Of a stretch of 64,000 bases of DNA, positions 35,388 to 48,500 are shown piece after piece. The translations under genes were made by a program, and so were the position numbers. The stretch is from Columba livia. Taxonomy: Eukaryota. The notes beneath the pieces are model-generated. The model saw only the letters and a list, made by a program, of their open reading frames with translations, made no database searches and was not told the DNA's origin. How positions within the stretch are numbered: position 1 is the first letter of the stretch; every line of letters starts with the position of its first letter. Location of the stretch: the NCBI RefSeq assembly GCF_036013475.1, contig NC_088636.1, positions 391,066-455,065 on the forward strand. The letters run 5' to 3'.

Positions 35388-35522
35388 GCTACGCCCGCCT
35401 GGCGCTGGCGGCCGCCGCCGTCTGGCTGATGCCCACGCGCCCGGCTCCCGCGGCCGCGCTCTACGGGGCCAGCGCCGCCCTGGACGCCCTGGACGGCGCC
35501 GTGGCCCGCAGGCTCAACCAGG
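35388..35522 (+). CDS. CDIPT: CDIPT exon 2
   Basis: The acceptor is ccccccccag. The translation is (G)YARLALAAAAVWLMPTRPAPAAALYGASAALDALDGAVARRLNQ, compared with YARIVFAIISFYFMPCCPLTASSFYLLSGLLDAFDGHAARALNQ. The donor is GTGGGC. Confidence 0.9.
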
Positions 35523-36790
35523 GTGGGCGGGGCTAAGGGGGGCGGGGCTGAGGGGGGCGGGGCTGAGGGGGGCGGGGCTGAGGGGGGCGGGGCCTCGGGG
35601 GGCGGGGCTGAGGGGGTGGGGGAGTGGTAGCTGCGATGTATGGGGCGGGAAGGGGCCGTAGGGAGGTGGGAGGGGGGCGTGGTTTGGGGGAGGGGTGTGG
35701 TTTGGGGTGGGCCGTGGTTTGGGGGAGGGGCCGTGGTTTGGGGGAGGGGCCGTGGTTTTGGGGGGCATGGTTTGGGGATGGGGCGTGGTTTGGGGGAGGG
35801 GGTGTGGTTTGGGGTGGGGTGTGGTTTGGGGAGGGGCCTGGTTGGGGTGGGGCGTGGTTTTGGGGAGGGGCGTGGTTTGGGGAGGGGGCGTGTTTTGGGG
35901 GAGGGGGCGTGGCTTGGGGAGGGGGCGTGGTTTGGGGAGGGGGCGTGGTTTGGGGAGGGGGCGTGGTTTGGGGAGGGGGTGTGGTTTGGGGAGGGGTCGT
36001 GGTTTGGGGAGGGGCCTGGTTGGGGTGGGGCGTGGTTTTGGGGAGGGGCGTGTTTTGGGGGAGGGGGCGTGTTTTGGGGGAGGGGGCGTGGCTTGGGGAG
36101 GGGGGCGTGGTTTGGGGAGGGGGCGTGTTTTGGGGAGGGTGCATGGTTTAGGGCAGGGGGCGTGGTTTGTGGGAGGTGGGTGTATAGGTGGGTGTATAGG
36201 GATGAGAATGGCCATAGGGAGGTGGGAGGGGGCGTGGTTTAGGTGGGAAGAGGCGTGGCTTGGAGTGGGAGTGGCCTGAGGGGGGCGTGGCCCTGAGGGG
36301 GTGGAGCATGGAGGGGTAACTGAGACATATAGGGGTGGGAATGGGCCATAGGGAGGTGGGAGGGGGCGTGGTTTAGGTGGGAGGAGGCGTGGTTTAGGTG
36401 GGAGGGGTGTGGTCTGAGTGGGTGGGGCCTCGAGGGGGCGGAGCTTAGGGGTGTGGGAGGGGGAAGTTGGGTGTATAGGGGTGGGAATGGGCCGTAGGGA
36501 GGTGGATAGGGGGGCGTGGTTAAGGTGGGAGGAGGCGTGGCTTATATGGGGCGTGGCTTGGAGTGGGAGTGGCCTTAGGGGGCGTGTCCCAGAGGGGGTG
36601 GAGCTTGGAGGGGTAACTGAGATGTATAGGGGTGGGAAGGGATGTAGGGAGGTGGGTGGGGGCGTGGTTTAGGTGGAGGAGGTGTGGCTTATATGGGGGC
36701 GTGGCTTGGAGTGGGCGTGGCCTGAGGGGGCGGGGACTCATGGGGGCGGAGCCTGGAGGGGTAACTGGGGTGAATGGGGTGGGAAACAAT
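35520..36790. repeat. Tandem satellite, about 18-bp unit (GGGCGTGGTTTGGGGAGG) with longer composite units
   Basis: It fills CDIPT intron 2. Confidence 0.85.
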
Positions 36791-37058
36791 CCCTATGGGT
36801 CCATACTGGTTTGTACTGGTTTATACTGGAAAAGGCATTATGGGGGTTATTTTGGGCAGGGGGGGTCAGGGGGTCCCCCAGGACCCTTGGGGAGGTGAGA
36901 TGACCCATACTGGTCTGTACTGGTCTGTACTGGTCTGTACTGGTCTATACTGGTCTGTACTGGTTTATACCGGTTTAAAGGCCCTTAGGGGGTGTATCTC
37001 GGGGGGGCGGTTCCGGGGGTCACCCGGGGGTCCCCCCGCTGTCCCCCCCCCCCCCCAG

Positions 37059-37212
37059 GGACCCGTTTTGGCGCCATGTTGGACATGCTGACGGACCGGC
37101 TCAGCTCCATGTGCCTATTGGTCAACCTGGCGCTGCTCTACCCGGCAACCGCCGCCCTGTTCCAGCTCAGCATGGCGCTGGACGTGGCCAGCCATTGGCT
37201 GCACATGCACTG
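37059..37212 (+). CDS. CDIPT: CDIPT exon 3 (CDP-alcohol phosphotransferase motif)
   Basis: The acceptor is ccccccag. The translation is GTRFGAMLDMLTDRLSSMCLLVNLALLYPATAALFQLSMALDVASHWLHMH, compared with GTRFGAMLDMLTDRCSTMCLLVNLALLYPGATLFFQISMSLDVASHWLHLH. The donor is GT at 37213. Confidence 0.9.
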
Positions 37213-37219
37213 GTGGGCG

Positions 37220-37860
37220 GGGCTAAGGGGGGCGGGGCCTGCGAGAGGGGTGGGGCTAGAGGGGGTGGGAATAAAGGGGGTGGGAATAAAGGGGGTGGAG
37301 CTAAAGAGGTGGGAATAATAGAGGGTGGAGTGAAAAGGGGGCGGACTGAAAAGGGGGCGGAGCTAAAGGGGGTGGGGGTAAAGGGGGAGGAGCTAAAGGG
37401 GGCAGGGATTGAAGTGGTGGGGTTAAAGGGGGCGGGGCTAAAGAAGTGGGGATAAGCGGAGCTAAAGGGGGTGGGGAGAAAGGAGGCGGAGCTAAAGGGG
37501 GTGAGGAGAGAGGGGTGGAGCTAAAGGGGTGGGAATAAAAGGGGTGGAGCTAAAGGGGTGGGGATTAGAGGGGCGGAGCTAAAGGGGGTGAGGAGAGAGG
37601 GGGCGGAGCTTCAGGGGTGGAGAGAGGGGGCGGAGCTAAAGGGGTGGGAATAAAAGGCGTGGAGGTAAAGGGGGTGGGGATGAAGGGGATGGAGCTAGGG
37701 GTAAAGGGGGCGGGGCTAAAGGGGCAGTGCTAAAGAGGGTGGGGATAAAGGGGTGGAGCTAAAGGGGATGGGTTAAAGGGGGTGGAGCTAAAGGGGGTGG
37801 GGATGAAGGGAATGGGGATAAATGGGGCGGAGCTAAGGGGGCGGGAAAAAGGGGGTGTGG
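37220..37860. repeat. Tandem satellite, about 22-bp unit (AAAGGGGGTGGAGCTAAAGGGG)
   Basis: It fills CDIPT intron 3. Confidence 0.85.
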
Positions 37861-37929
37861 TTGGGTTGGGTGAAGAGGTGTGGCTGGTGGGCGTGTCCCC
37901 CCGACCCTGCCCCCTTTCCCCTCCCCCAG

Positions 37930-38011
37930 CACCACCCTGGAGGGCGGAGCCTCCCACAAGGACGTGGGGGGGGAGGGGCACCCGCTGCTGCGCCTCTACT
38001 ACACAAACAAG
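37930..38011 (+). CDS. CDIPT: CDIPT exon 4
   Basis: The acceptor is ctcccccag. The translation is (C)TTLEGGASHKDVGGEGHPLLRLYYTNK, compared with SSVVRGSESHKMIDLSGNPVLRIYYTSR. The donor is GTAAGG. Confidence 0.85.
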
Positions 38012-38019
38012 GTAAGGGG

Positions 38020-38700
38020 GCGGGGCCAAGGGGGAGGGGCCAATGGGGCTGGAGGAGGGACCAGGAGTGGGGGAGGGGTGAGAGGGAGGGGGAGGGGTCA
38101 TGGGGCTGGAGAGGGGGAGGGGCCTTAGGGTGGGGGAGGGAGTCAGAGGGGGAGGGGCCAGGGGTTGGGGGGTGTGGTCAGTGGGGTGGGGGAGGGACAA
38201 AGGGGGGGATCAGGGAGTGGGGGAGGAGCTGGGGGGATGTGCTCTGGGGGTTGGGGTGGGGTAAGAGGGCGGGGCTATGGGGTTGGGGGTGGGGCCATGG
38301 GGTTGGGGGCAGGGTCAGTGATTTGGGGGTGGGGTCAGTGATTTGGGGGTGGGGTCAGTGATTTGGGGGCGGGGTCAGGGCGTTGGGGTGGGTTGGGGGT
38401 GTGGCCATGGGGTTGGGGGTGTGGCCATGGGGTTGGGGGTGTGGCCATGGGGTTGGGGGTGTGGCCATGGGGTTGGGGGCGGGGTCATGGTTTTGGGGGC
38501 GGGGTCATGGTGTTGGGGTGGGTTGGGGGCCGGGCCATGGGGTTGGGGGCGGAGTCGGTGGGCGTGGCCATGTGCTTGGGGGCGGCATCATGGGGTTGGG
38601 GTGAGGTCAGGGGCCGTGGTCACGAGTTGGGGGCGGGGTCTGCGGTTTGGGGGCGGGGTCAGGGCTGGCTGGGGGCGGGGTCGGCGGAGGGGGCGTGTCC
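38020..38700. repeat. Tandem satellite, about 20-bp unit (GGGTTGGGGGTGTGGCCATGG)
   Basis: It fills CDIPT intron 4. Confidence 0.85.
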
Positions 38701-38719
38701 ATGTTGGCCCCGCCCCCAG

Positions 38720-38801
38720 CCGCTGCTGTTCGCGCTTTGCGCCGGGAACGAAGCGTTTTACTGCGGCCTCTACCTGGTGAAGTTCAGCGACGGGCCCCGC
38801 G
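38720..38801 (+). CDS. CDIPT: CDIPT exon 5
   Basis: The acceptor is cgcccccag. The translation is PLLFALCAGNEAFYCGLYLVKFSDGPR, compared with PALFTLCAGNELFYCLLYLFHFSEGPL. The donor is GTCAGT. Confidence 0.85.
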
Positions 38802-38809
38802 GTCAGTGG

Positions 38810-40570
38810 GACGCGCTGGGTGAACTGGGCAGACTGGGCAGACTGGGGGGAGACTGGGGAGAGACTGGTCAGACTGGTTATACTGGTCACAGACTGGGGA
38901 GAGGCTGGTTATACTGGTTATACTGGGGGGAGACTGGGGAGAGACTGGTTATACTGGTTATACTGGGGGGAGACTGGTTATACTGGTCAGACTGGTCACA
39001 CTGGGGAGAGACTGGTTAGACTGGTTAGACTGGTCACAGACTGGGGAGAGACTGGTTATACTGGTCACACTGGTCAGACTGGGGGGAGACTGGGGAGAGG
39101 CTGGTTAGACTGGTCACAGACTGGTTATACTGGGGAGAGACTGGTTATACTGGTCAGACTGGTCAGACTGGGGAGAGGCTGGTTAGACTGGTTAGACTGG
39201 TCAGACTGGTCAGACTGGGGAGAGACTGGTCAGACTGGTCAGACTGGTCAGACTGGTCACAGACTGGTTATACTGGTCAGACTGGTCACACTGGGGGGAG
39301 ACTGGGGAGAGACTGGTTATACTGGTCAGACTGGGGGGAGACTGGTTAGACTGGTCAGACTGGTCACAGACTGGTTATACTGGGGAGAGACTGGTCAGAC
39401 TGGTTATACTGGGGGGAGACTAGGGAGAGGCTGGTCAGACTGGTTATACTGGTCACAGACTGGTTATACTGGGGAGAGACTGGTTATACTGGTCAGACTG
39501 GTCAGACTGAGGGGAGACTGGGGAGAGGCTGGTTAGACTGGTTATACTGGTCACAGACTGGGGAGAGGCTGGTTATACTGGTTATACTGGTCACAGACTG
39601 GTTATACTGGTCAGACTGGTCAGACTGGGGAGAGACTGGTCAGACTGGTCAGACTGGGGGGAGACTGGGGAGAGGCTGGTTATACTGGTCAGGCTGGGGA
39701 CAGACTGGGGGGAGACTGGTTATACTGGTTATACTGGTCAGAGACTGGTTATACTGGGGGGAGACTGGTTATACTGGTTATACTGGTCACAGACTGGGGA
39801 GAGGCTGGTTAGACTGGTTAGACTGGGGGGAGATTGGTTATACCGGTTATACTGGTCACAGACTGGGGAGAGACTGGTTAGACTGGTCAGACTGGGGAGA
39901 GACTGGTTATACTGGTTATACTGGTTATGAGACTGGGGAGAAACTGGTTAGAGAGACTAGGGAGACTGGTTATACTGGTTGACTGGGGGGAACTGGTTTA
40001 TACTGGAGGGACTGGGAGGGAACTGGGATGGACTGGTTTGGACTGGGATGAACTGGGATGCACTGGAATGAACTGGGAGGGACTGGGAGGGACTGGGAGG
40101 GACTGGGATGGGACTGGGAGGGACTGGGATGGACTGGGATGAACTGGGATGAACTGGGATGGACTGGGGGTTCACTGGGATGGACTGGTCCATACTGGTC
40201 CATACTGGTCTGAACTGGGATGGACTGGGGAGGTCACTGGGATGGACTGGGATGGACTGGGGGGTTCACTGGGATGAACTGGGGGTTTCACTGGTCCGTA
40301 CTGGTCCGTACTGGTCCATACTGGTCTGAACCGGTCTGTACTGGTCTGAACCAGTCCATACTGGTCCATACTGGTCTGAACTGGTCCATACTGGTCCATA
40401 CTGGTCCATACTGGTCCGTACTGGTCTGAACTGGTCCGTACTGGTCCATACTGGTCTGAACTGGTCCGTACTGGTCTGAACTGGTCCGTACTGGTCCGTA
40501 CTGGTCCATACTGGTCTGAACTGGTCCGTACTGGTCCGTACTGGTCCGTACTGGTCTGAACTGGTCCGTA
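38810..40570. repeat. Tandem satellite, 9-10-bp unit (CTGGTCAGA/CTGGTTATA, then CTGGTCCGTA/CTGGTCTGAA)
   Basis: It fills CDIPT intron 5. The same ACTGGT family occurs at 33400-34500 and 51990-52320. Confidence 0.9.
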
Positions 40571-40581
40571 CTGGTGCCCAG

Positions 40582-40754
40582 TGCTCCCGGGGGCCCCCGG
40601 GCTGTTCCGGCTCCTCCTCTGGGTCGCGACCCCCATGGCCGCCCTCAAGTTCCTGCTGAACCTGCTGCAGCTGGGCGGAGCCGCCGCGCGATTGGCCGCC
40701 CTGGACGCCGCCGCCAGGCGATTGGACGAGGCGCCCAGACCCAAAACCCAGTGA
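40582..40754 (+). CDS. CDIPT: CDIPT terminal exon (stop at 40752-40754)
   Basis: The acceptor is ctggtgcccag. The translation is (V)LPGAPGLFRLLLWVATPMAALKFLLNLLQLGGAAARLAALDAAARRLDEAPRPKTQ*, compared with VGSVGLFRMGLWVTAPIALLKSLISVIHLITAARNMAALDAADRAKKK*. Confidence 0.85.
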
Positions 40755-40859
40755 ATCCGCCCCAAAACCAACCCGGGACCCCCGCAAAGTGTCCCCAAAA
40801 TACCCCCATAAATGGAGCAACCGCCGACCATGGAGGTGTTTCCTCTCCATTGACTCGTT

Positions 40860-43800
40860 AACACCTTGGCCAATCAACGGGGGGTTAATTAGGGGTTAAT
40901 TAAGAGTGGGGAGGGGTCACATGACCTTCTAGACCCCATAACTACCAACCCCAACCCATAAAGACTCAATGACCATCAACCCTATGGAGGTGTTTCCTCA
41001 CCATTGACTCATTAAGCCCTTGGCCAATCAAAAGGTTAATTAGTTATGGACTAATTAAGAGTGGGGAGGGGTCACCTGACCTTCTAGACCCCATAACCAC
41101 CAACCCCAACCCATAAAGACCCAATGACCACCAACCCTATGGAGGTGTTTCCTCACCATTGACTCATTAAGCCCTTGGCCAATCAATGGGAGGTTAATTA
41201 GGGCTTAATTAAGAGTGGGGGAGGAGTCACCTGACCTTCTAGACCCCATAACCACCAATCCCAACCCATAAAGACTCAATGACCATCAACCCTATGGAGA
41301 TGCAACCACCAACCCCTTGAGATGTTTCTCCACCATCGACTCATTAAGCCCTTGGCCAATCAAAAGGTCAATTAATAAGGGGTTAATTAAGAGTGGGGAG
41401 GGGTCACCTGACCTTCTAGACCCCATAACCACCAACCCCATGTAGACACCATGACCATGGACCCATTGAGACCCAAGAACCGTCAAGCCCATGGAGATGT
41501 TTCTCCACCATCGACTCATTAAGCCCTTGGCCAATCAAAAGGTTAATTAGTTATGGACTAATTAAGAGTGGGGAGGGGTCAGCTGACCTTCTAGACCCCA
41601 TAACCACCAACCCCAACCCATAAAGACCCAATGACCACCAACCCCATGGAGATGCAACCACCAACCCCTTGAGATGTTTCTCCACCATCGACTCATTAAG
41701 CCCTTGGCCAATCAAAATATTAATTAATAAGGGGTTAATTAAGAGTGGGGAGGGCTCAGCTGACCTTCTAGACCCCATAACCACCAACCCCATGTAGACA
41801 CCATGACCATGGACCCATTGAGACCCAAGAGCCACCAACCCCATGGAGATGTTTCTCCATCATTGACTCATTAAACCCTTGGCCAATCAACGGGGGGTTA
41901 ATTAGGGCTTAATTAAGAGTGGGGGAGGAGCCACCTGACCTTCTAGACCCCATAACCACCAACCCCATTGAGATACAATGAATGACCTTGAACCCCATGG
42001 AGATGCAACCACCAACCCCTTGAGATGTTTCTCCACCATCGACTCATTAAGCCTTTGGCCAATCAAAAGGTTAATTAGTTATGGACTAATTAAGAGTGGG
42101 GAGGGGTCAGCTGACCTTCTAGACCCCATAACCACCAACCCCATGTGGATACAATGACCATGGACCCATTGAGACCCAATGACCATCAACCCCATTGAGA
42201 TGTTTCTCCACCATTGACTCATTAAGCCCTTGGCCAATCAACGGGGGGTTAATTAGGGCTTAATTAAGAGTGGGGGAGGAGCCACCTGACCTTCTAGACC
42301 CCATAACCACCAACCCCATTGAGATACAATGAATGACCTTGAACCCCATGGAGATGCAACCACCAACCCCTTGAGATGTTTCTCCACCATTGACTCATTA
42401 AGCCCTTGGCCAATCAAAATGTTAATTAGTTATGGACTAATTAAGAGTGGGGAGGGGTCAGCTGACCTTCTAGACCCCATAACCACCAACCCCATGTAGA
42501 CACCATGACCATGGACCCATTGAGACCCAAGAACCATCAACCCCATGGAGATGTTTCTCCACCATTGACTCATTAAGCCCTTGGCCAATCAAAATGTTAA
42601 TTAATAAGGGGTTAATTAAGAGTGGGGAGGGGTCAGCTGACCTTCTAGACCCCATAACCACCAACCCCAACCCATAAAGACCCAATGACCACCAACCCCA
42701 TGGAGATGCAACCACCAACCCCTTGAGATGTTTCTCCACCATCGACTCATTAAGCCCTTGGCCAATCAAAATATTAATTAATAAGGGGTTAATTAAGAGT
42801 GGGGAGGGGTCAGCTGACCTTCTAGACCCCATAACCACCAACCCCATGTGGATACAATGACCATGGACCCATTGAGACCCAAGAACCGTCAACCCCATGG
42901 AGATGTTTCTCCACCATTGACTCATTAAACCCTTGGCCAATCAACGGGGGGTTAATTAGGGCTTAATTAAGAGTGGGGGAGGAGCCACCTGACCTTCTAG
43001 ACCCCATAACCACCAACCCCATTGAGATACAATGAATGACCTTGAACCCCATGGAGATGCAACCACCAACCCCTTGAGATGTTTCTCCACCATCGACTCA
43101 TTAAGCCCTTGGCCAATCAAAAGGTTAATTAGTTATGGACTAATTAAGAGTGGGGAGGGGTCACATGACCTTCTAGACCCCATAACCACCAACCCCATGT
43201 AGACACCATGACCATGGACCCATTGAGACCCAAGAACCACCAACCCCATGGAGATGTTTCCTCACCATTGACTCATTAAGCCCTTGGCCAATCAATGGGA
43301 GGTTAATTAGGGCTTAATTAAGAGTGGGGGAGGAGTCACCTGACCTTCTAGACCCCATAACCACCAATCCCAACCCATAAAGACTCAATGACCATCAACC
43401 CCATGGAGATGTTTCTCCACCATCGACTCATTAAGCCCTTGGCCAATCAAAATATTAATTAATAAGGGGTTAATTAAGAGTGGGGAGGGGTCAGCTGACC
43501 TTCTAGACCCCATAACCACCAACCCCATGTGGATACAATGACCATGGACCCATTGAGACCCAATGACCATCAACCCCATTGAGATGTTTCTCCACCATTG
43601 ACTCATTAAGCCCTTGGCCAATCAATGGGAGGTTAATTAGGGCTTAATTAAGACTGGGGGAGGAGTCACCTGACCTTCTAGACCCCATAACTACCAACCC
43701 CAACCCATAAAGACTCAATGACCATCAACCCCATGGAGATGCAACCACCAACCCCTTGAGATGTTTCTCCACCATCGACTCATTAAGCCCTTGGCCAATC

Positions 43801-45200
43801 AAAATGTTAATTAATAAGGGGTTAATTAAGAGTGGGGAGGGGTCAGCTGACCTTCTAGACCCCATAACCACCAACCCCATGTGGATACAATGACCATGGA
43901 CCCATTGAGACCCAAGAACCGTCAAGCCCATGGAGATGTTTCTCCACCATCGACTCATTAAGCCCTTGGCCAATCAAAAGGTTAATTAGTTATGGACTAA
44001 TTAAGAGTGGGGAGGGGTCAGCTGACCTTCTAGACCCCATAACCACCAACCCCATGTGGATACAATGACCATGGACCCATTGAGACCCAAGAACCATCAA
44101 CCCCATGGAGATGTTTCTCCACCATTGACTCATTAAGCCCTTGGCCAATCAAAATGTTAATTAATAAGGGGTTAATTAAGAGTGGGGAGGGGTCACCTGA
44201 CCTTCTAGACCCCATAACCACCAACCCCATGTAGACACCATGACCATGGACCCATTGAGACCCAATGACCATCAACCTCATGGAGATGTTTCCTCACCAT
44301 TGACTCATTAAGCCCTTGGCCAATCAAAAGGTTAATTAGTTATGGACTAATTAAGAGTGGGGAGGGGTCAGCTGACCTTCTAGACCCCATAACCACCAAC
44401 CCCAACCCATTGAGACCCAATGACCACCAACCCCATGGAGATGCAACCACCAACCCCTTGAGATGTTTCTCCACCACTGACTCATTAAGCCCTTGGCCAA
44501 TCAAAAGGTTAATTAGTTATGGACTAATTAAGAGTGGGGAGGGGTCAGCTGACCTTCTAGACCCCATAACCACCAACCCCATGTAGACACCATGACCATG
44601 GACCCATTGAGACCCAAGAACCGTCAACCCCATGGAGATGTTTCCTCACCATTGACTCATTAAACCCTTGGCCAATCAACGGGGGGTTAATTAGGGCTTA
44701 ATTAAGAGTGGGGGAGGAGCCACCTGACCTTCTAGACCCCATAACCACCAACCCCATTGAGATACAATGAATGACCTTGAACCCCATGGAGATGCAACCA
44801 CCAACCCCTTGAGATGTTTCTCCACCATCGACTCATTAAGCCCTTGGCCAATCAAAAGGTTAATTAGTTATGGACTAATTAAGAGTGGGGAGGGCTCAGC
44901 TGACCTTCTAGACCCCATAACCACCAACCCCATGTGGATACAATGACCATGGACCCATTGAGACCCAAGAACCATCAACCCCATGGAGATGTTTCTCCAC
45001 CATTGACTCCTTAAGCCCTTGGCCAATCAACGGGGGGTTAATTAGGGCTTAATTAGGACTGGGTGAGGAGCCACCTGACCTTCTAGACCCCATAACCACC
45101 AACCCCATTGAGATACAATGAATGACCTTGAACCCCATGGAGATGCAACCACCAACCCCATGGAGATGTTTCTCCACCATCGACTCATTAGCCCTTGGCC
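40860..45200. repeat. Satellite with about 175-bp monomers (about 25 copies, at least 3 alternating subtypes), each containing GGCCAATCA and TTAATTAAGAGTGGGG motifs
   Basis: The anchor CCTTGGCCAATCA recurs at 40863, 41018, 41175, 41349, 41524, 41701, 41876, 42053, 42226, 42403, 42577, 42755, 42931 and onward, with spacing of about 155-178 bp. Confidence 0.9.
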
Positions 45201-45266
45201 AATCAACGAAGGGGTTTAATTGCAGCCATGGGGAGGGCGGGGGCGGGGCGGGGAGGGGGCGGGGCC

Positions 45267-45514
45267 TCAGAGGCGCCGGATCTTCATCTCGCTCTTGCGC
45301 AGCGAGTAGTAGAAGCCCTTCCACTGGGCCCAGTTGATGCCGTTGGCGTAGGAGAGGTGGGCGCCCCCCAGGTAGAAGCCGTTGAGGTTGGAGAAGTGGC
45401 AGCTGCGGAACCACCAGGCGCCCGAGGAGAGCGCGGCGCAGTTCTGCACGTACAGGTCCTGGTCGCGGTCGAACGTCGAGAACTTCTGCCCGTTGTGGTA
45501 GCTCAGCGAGTCGC
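45267..45514 (-). CDS. MFAP4: MFAP4 terminal exon (stop at 45267-45269)
   Basis: The acceptor is (c)n-ag at 45516-45515. The translation is (G)[81 protein letters not shown], compared with MFAP4 [81 protein letters not shown]. Confidence 0.9.
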
Positions 45515-45589
45515 CTGGGGGGGGGGGGAGGGGAGGGGGGGAGGGGGGGGGAGGGGGCGTCATGGGGTGGCGGCGTTGGTCTGGGGACC

Positions 45590-48500
45590 CCACCCCATGA
45601 TCTCCCTCCCATTGACCCGCATTGATCCCCATTGACCCCCATTGACTCCCATTGACCCCCATTGACTCCCATTGACTCCCATTGACCCCCATTGACCCCC
45701 ATTGACTCCCATTGACCCCATTGACTCCCATTGACTCCCATTGACTCCCATTGACCCCCATTGACTCCCATTGATCCCCATTCACCCCCATTGACCCCCA
45801 ATGACTCCTGTTGACCCCCATTGACTCCCATTGATCCCATTGATCCCATTGACCCCCATTGACCCCCATTGACCAACGTTGACTTGATGTCCCTCCCATT
45901 GACCCCCATTGACCCCCACTGACTCCCATTGACCCCCACTGACTCCCATTGACCCCCATTGCCCCCCATTGCCCCCCATTGACCCCCATTGACCCCCATT
46001 GACTCCCATTGACTCCCATTGACTCCCATTGATCCCCATTGACCCCCATTGCCCCCCATTGACCCCCATTGACCCCCATTGCCCCCCATTGCCCCCCATT
46101 GCCCCCCATTGACCCCCATTGACTCCCATTGACTCCCATTGACTCCCATTGATCCCCATTGACTCCCATTGACCCCCATTGCCCCCCATTGCCCCCCATT
46201 GACCCCCATTGACCCCCACTGACTCCCATTGAACCCCATTGAACCCCATTGACCCCCATTGACTCCCATTGACTCCCATTGACTCCCATTGACCCCCATT
46301 GACCTCCATTGACCCCCATTGACCCCCATTGACCCCCATTGACTCCCATTGACTCCCATTGACCCCCATTGACTCCCATTGACTCCCATTGACCCCCATT
46401 GACCCCCATTGACTCCCATTGACCCCCATTGACTCCCATTGACTCCTGTTGACCCCCATTGACCCCCATTGATCCCCATTGATCCCCATTGACCCCCATT
46501 GACCCCCATTGACCCCCATTGACTCCCATTGATCCCCATTCACCCCCATTGACCCCCATTGACTCCTGTTGACCCCCATTGACTCCCATTGATCCCATTG
46601 ATCCCATTGACCCCCATTGACCCCCATTGACCCCCATTGACCCCCATTGACCAATGTTGACTTGATGTCCCTCCCATTGACCCCCATTGACCCCCATTGA
46701 CCCCCATTGACTCCCATTGACTCCCATTGACTCCCATTGATCCACATTGCCCCCCATTGCCCCCCATTGACCCCCATTGACCCCCATTGACCCCCATTGA
46801 CTCCCATTGACCCCCACTGACTCCCATTGACTCCCATTGACCCCCATTGACCCCCATTGCCCTCCATTGACCCCCATTGACCCCCATTGACTCCCATTGA
46901 CTCCCATTGATCCCCATTGCCCCCCATTGACTCCCATTGCCCCCCATTGACTCCCATTGACCCCCATTGACCCCCATTGACTCCCATTGACCCCCATTGA
47001 TCCCCATTGACTCCCATTGACTCCCATTGACTCCCATTGACCACCATTGACTCCCATTGACTCCCATTGACCCCCATTGACCCCCATTGACCCCCATTGA
47101 TCCCCATTGACTCCCATTGACCCCCATTGACTCCCATTGACCACCATTGACTCCCATTGACTCCCATTGACCCCCATTGACCCCCATTGACTCCCATTGA
47201 CCCCCATTGACTCCCATTGACTCCTGTTGACCCCCATTGACCCCCATTGATCCCCATTGACCCCCATTGACCCCCATTGACCCCCATTGACCCCCATTGA
47301 CTCCCATTGATCCCCATTCACCCCCATTGACCCCCAATGACTCCTGTTGACCCCCATTGACTCCCATTGATCCCATTGACCCCCATTGACCCCCTTTGAC
47401 CCCCATTGACTCCCATTGACCCCCATTGACCCCCATTGACCAACGTTGACTTGATGTCCCTCCCATTGACCCCCATTGACTCCCATTGACTCCCATTGAC
47501 TCCCATTGATCCCCATTGACTCCCATTGCCCCCCATTGACCCCCATTGACCCCCATTGACCCCCATTGACTCCCATTGACTCCCATTGACCCCCACTGAC
47601 TCCCATTGACCCCCATTGACCCCCATTGCCCCCCATTGACCCCCATTGACTCCCATTGACTCCCATTGACTCCCATTGACCCCCATTGACCCCCATTGAC
47701 CTCCATTGACCCCCATTGACTCCCATTGACTCCCATTGACTCCCATTGACCCCCATTGACCCCCATTGATCCCCATTGACTCCCATTGACCTCCATTGAC
47801 TCCCATTGACCAACGTTGACTTGATCTCCCTCCCATTGACCCCCATTGACCCCCATTGACCCCGATTGACCCCCATTGACTCCCATTGTTTCTCATTGAC
47901 CCCCATTGATCAACGCTGACTCCCGTTGACCCCCGTTGACCCCCATTGACCCCCATTGACTCCCATTGACCCCCCATGGCCAACGTTGACTTGATCTCCC
48001 TCCCATTGACCCCCGTTGACCCCCATTGACCCCCATTGACTCCCATTGCCCCCCATTGACTCTCATTGACCCCCATTGCACCCCATTGCCCCCCATTGCC
48101 CCCCATTGACCCCCATTGACCCCCATTGACCCCCATTGACCCCCATTGACTCCCATTGACCCCCACTGACTCCCATTGACCCCCATTGCCCCCCATTGCC
48201 CCCCATTGACCCCCATTGACTCCCATTGACTCCCATTGACTCCCATTGACTCCCATTGACTCCCATTGACCCCCATTGACCTCCATTGACCCCCACTGAC
48301 CCCCACTGACTCCCATTGACTCCCATTGACCTCCATTGACCCCCATTGACCCCCATTGACCCCCATTGACTCCCATTGACTCCCATTGACTCCCATTGAC
48401 CCCCATTGACCCCCATTGATCCCCATTGACTCCCATTGACCTCCATTGACTCCCATTGACCCCCATTGACCAACGTTGACTTGATCTCCCTCCCATTGAC

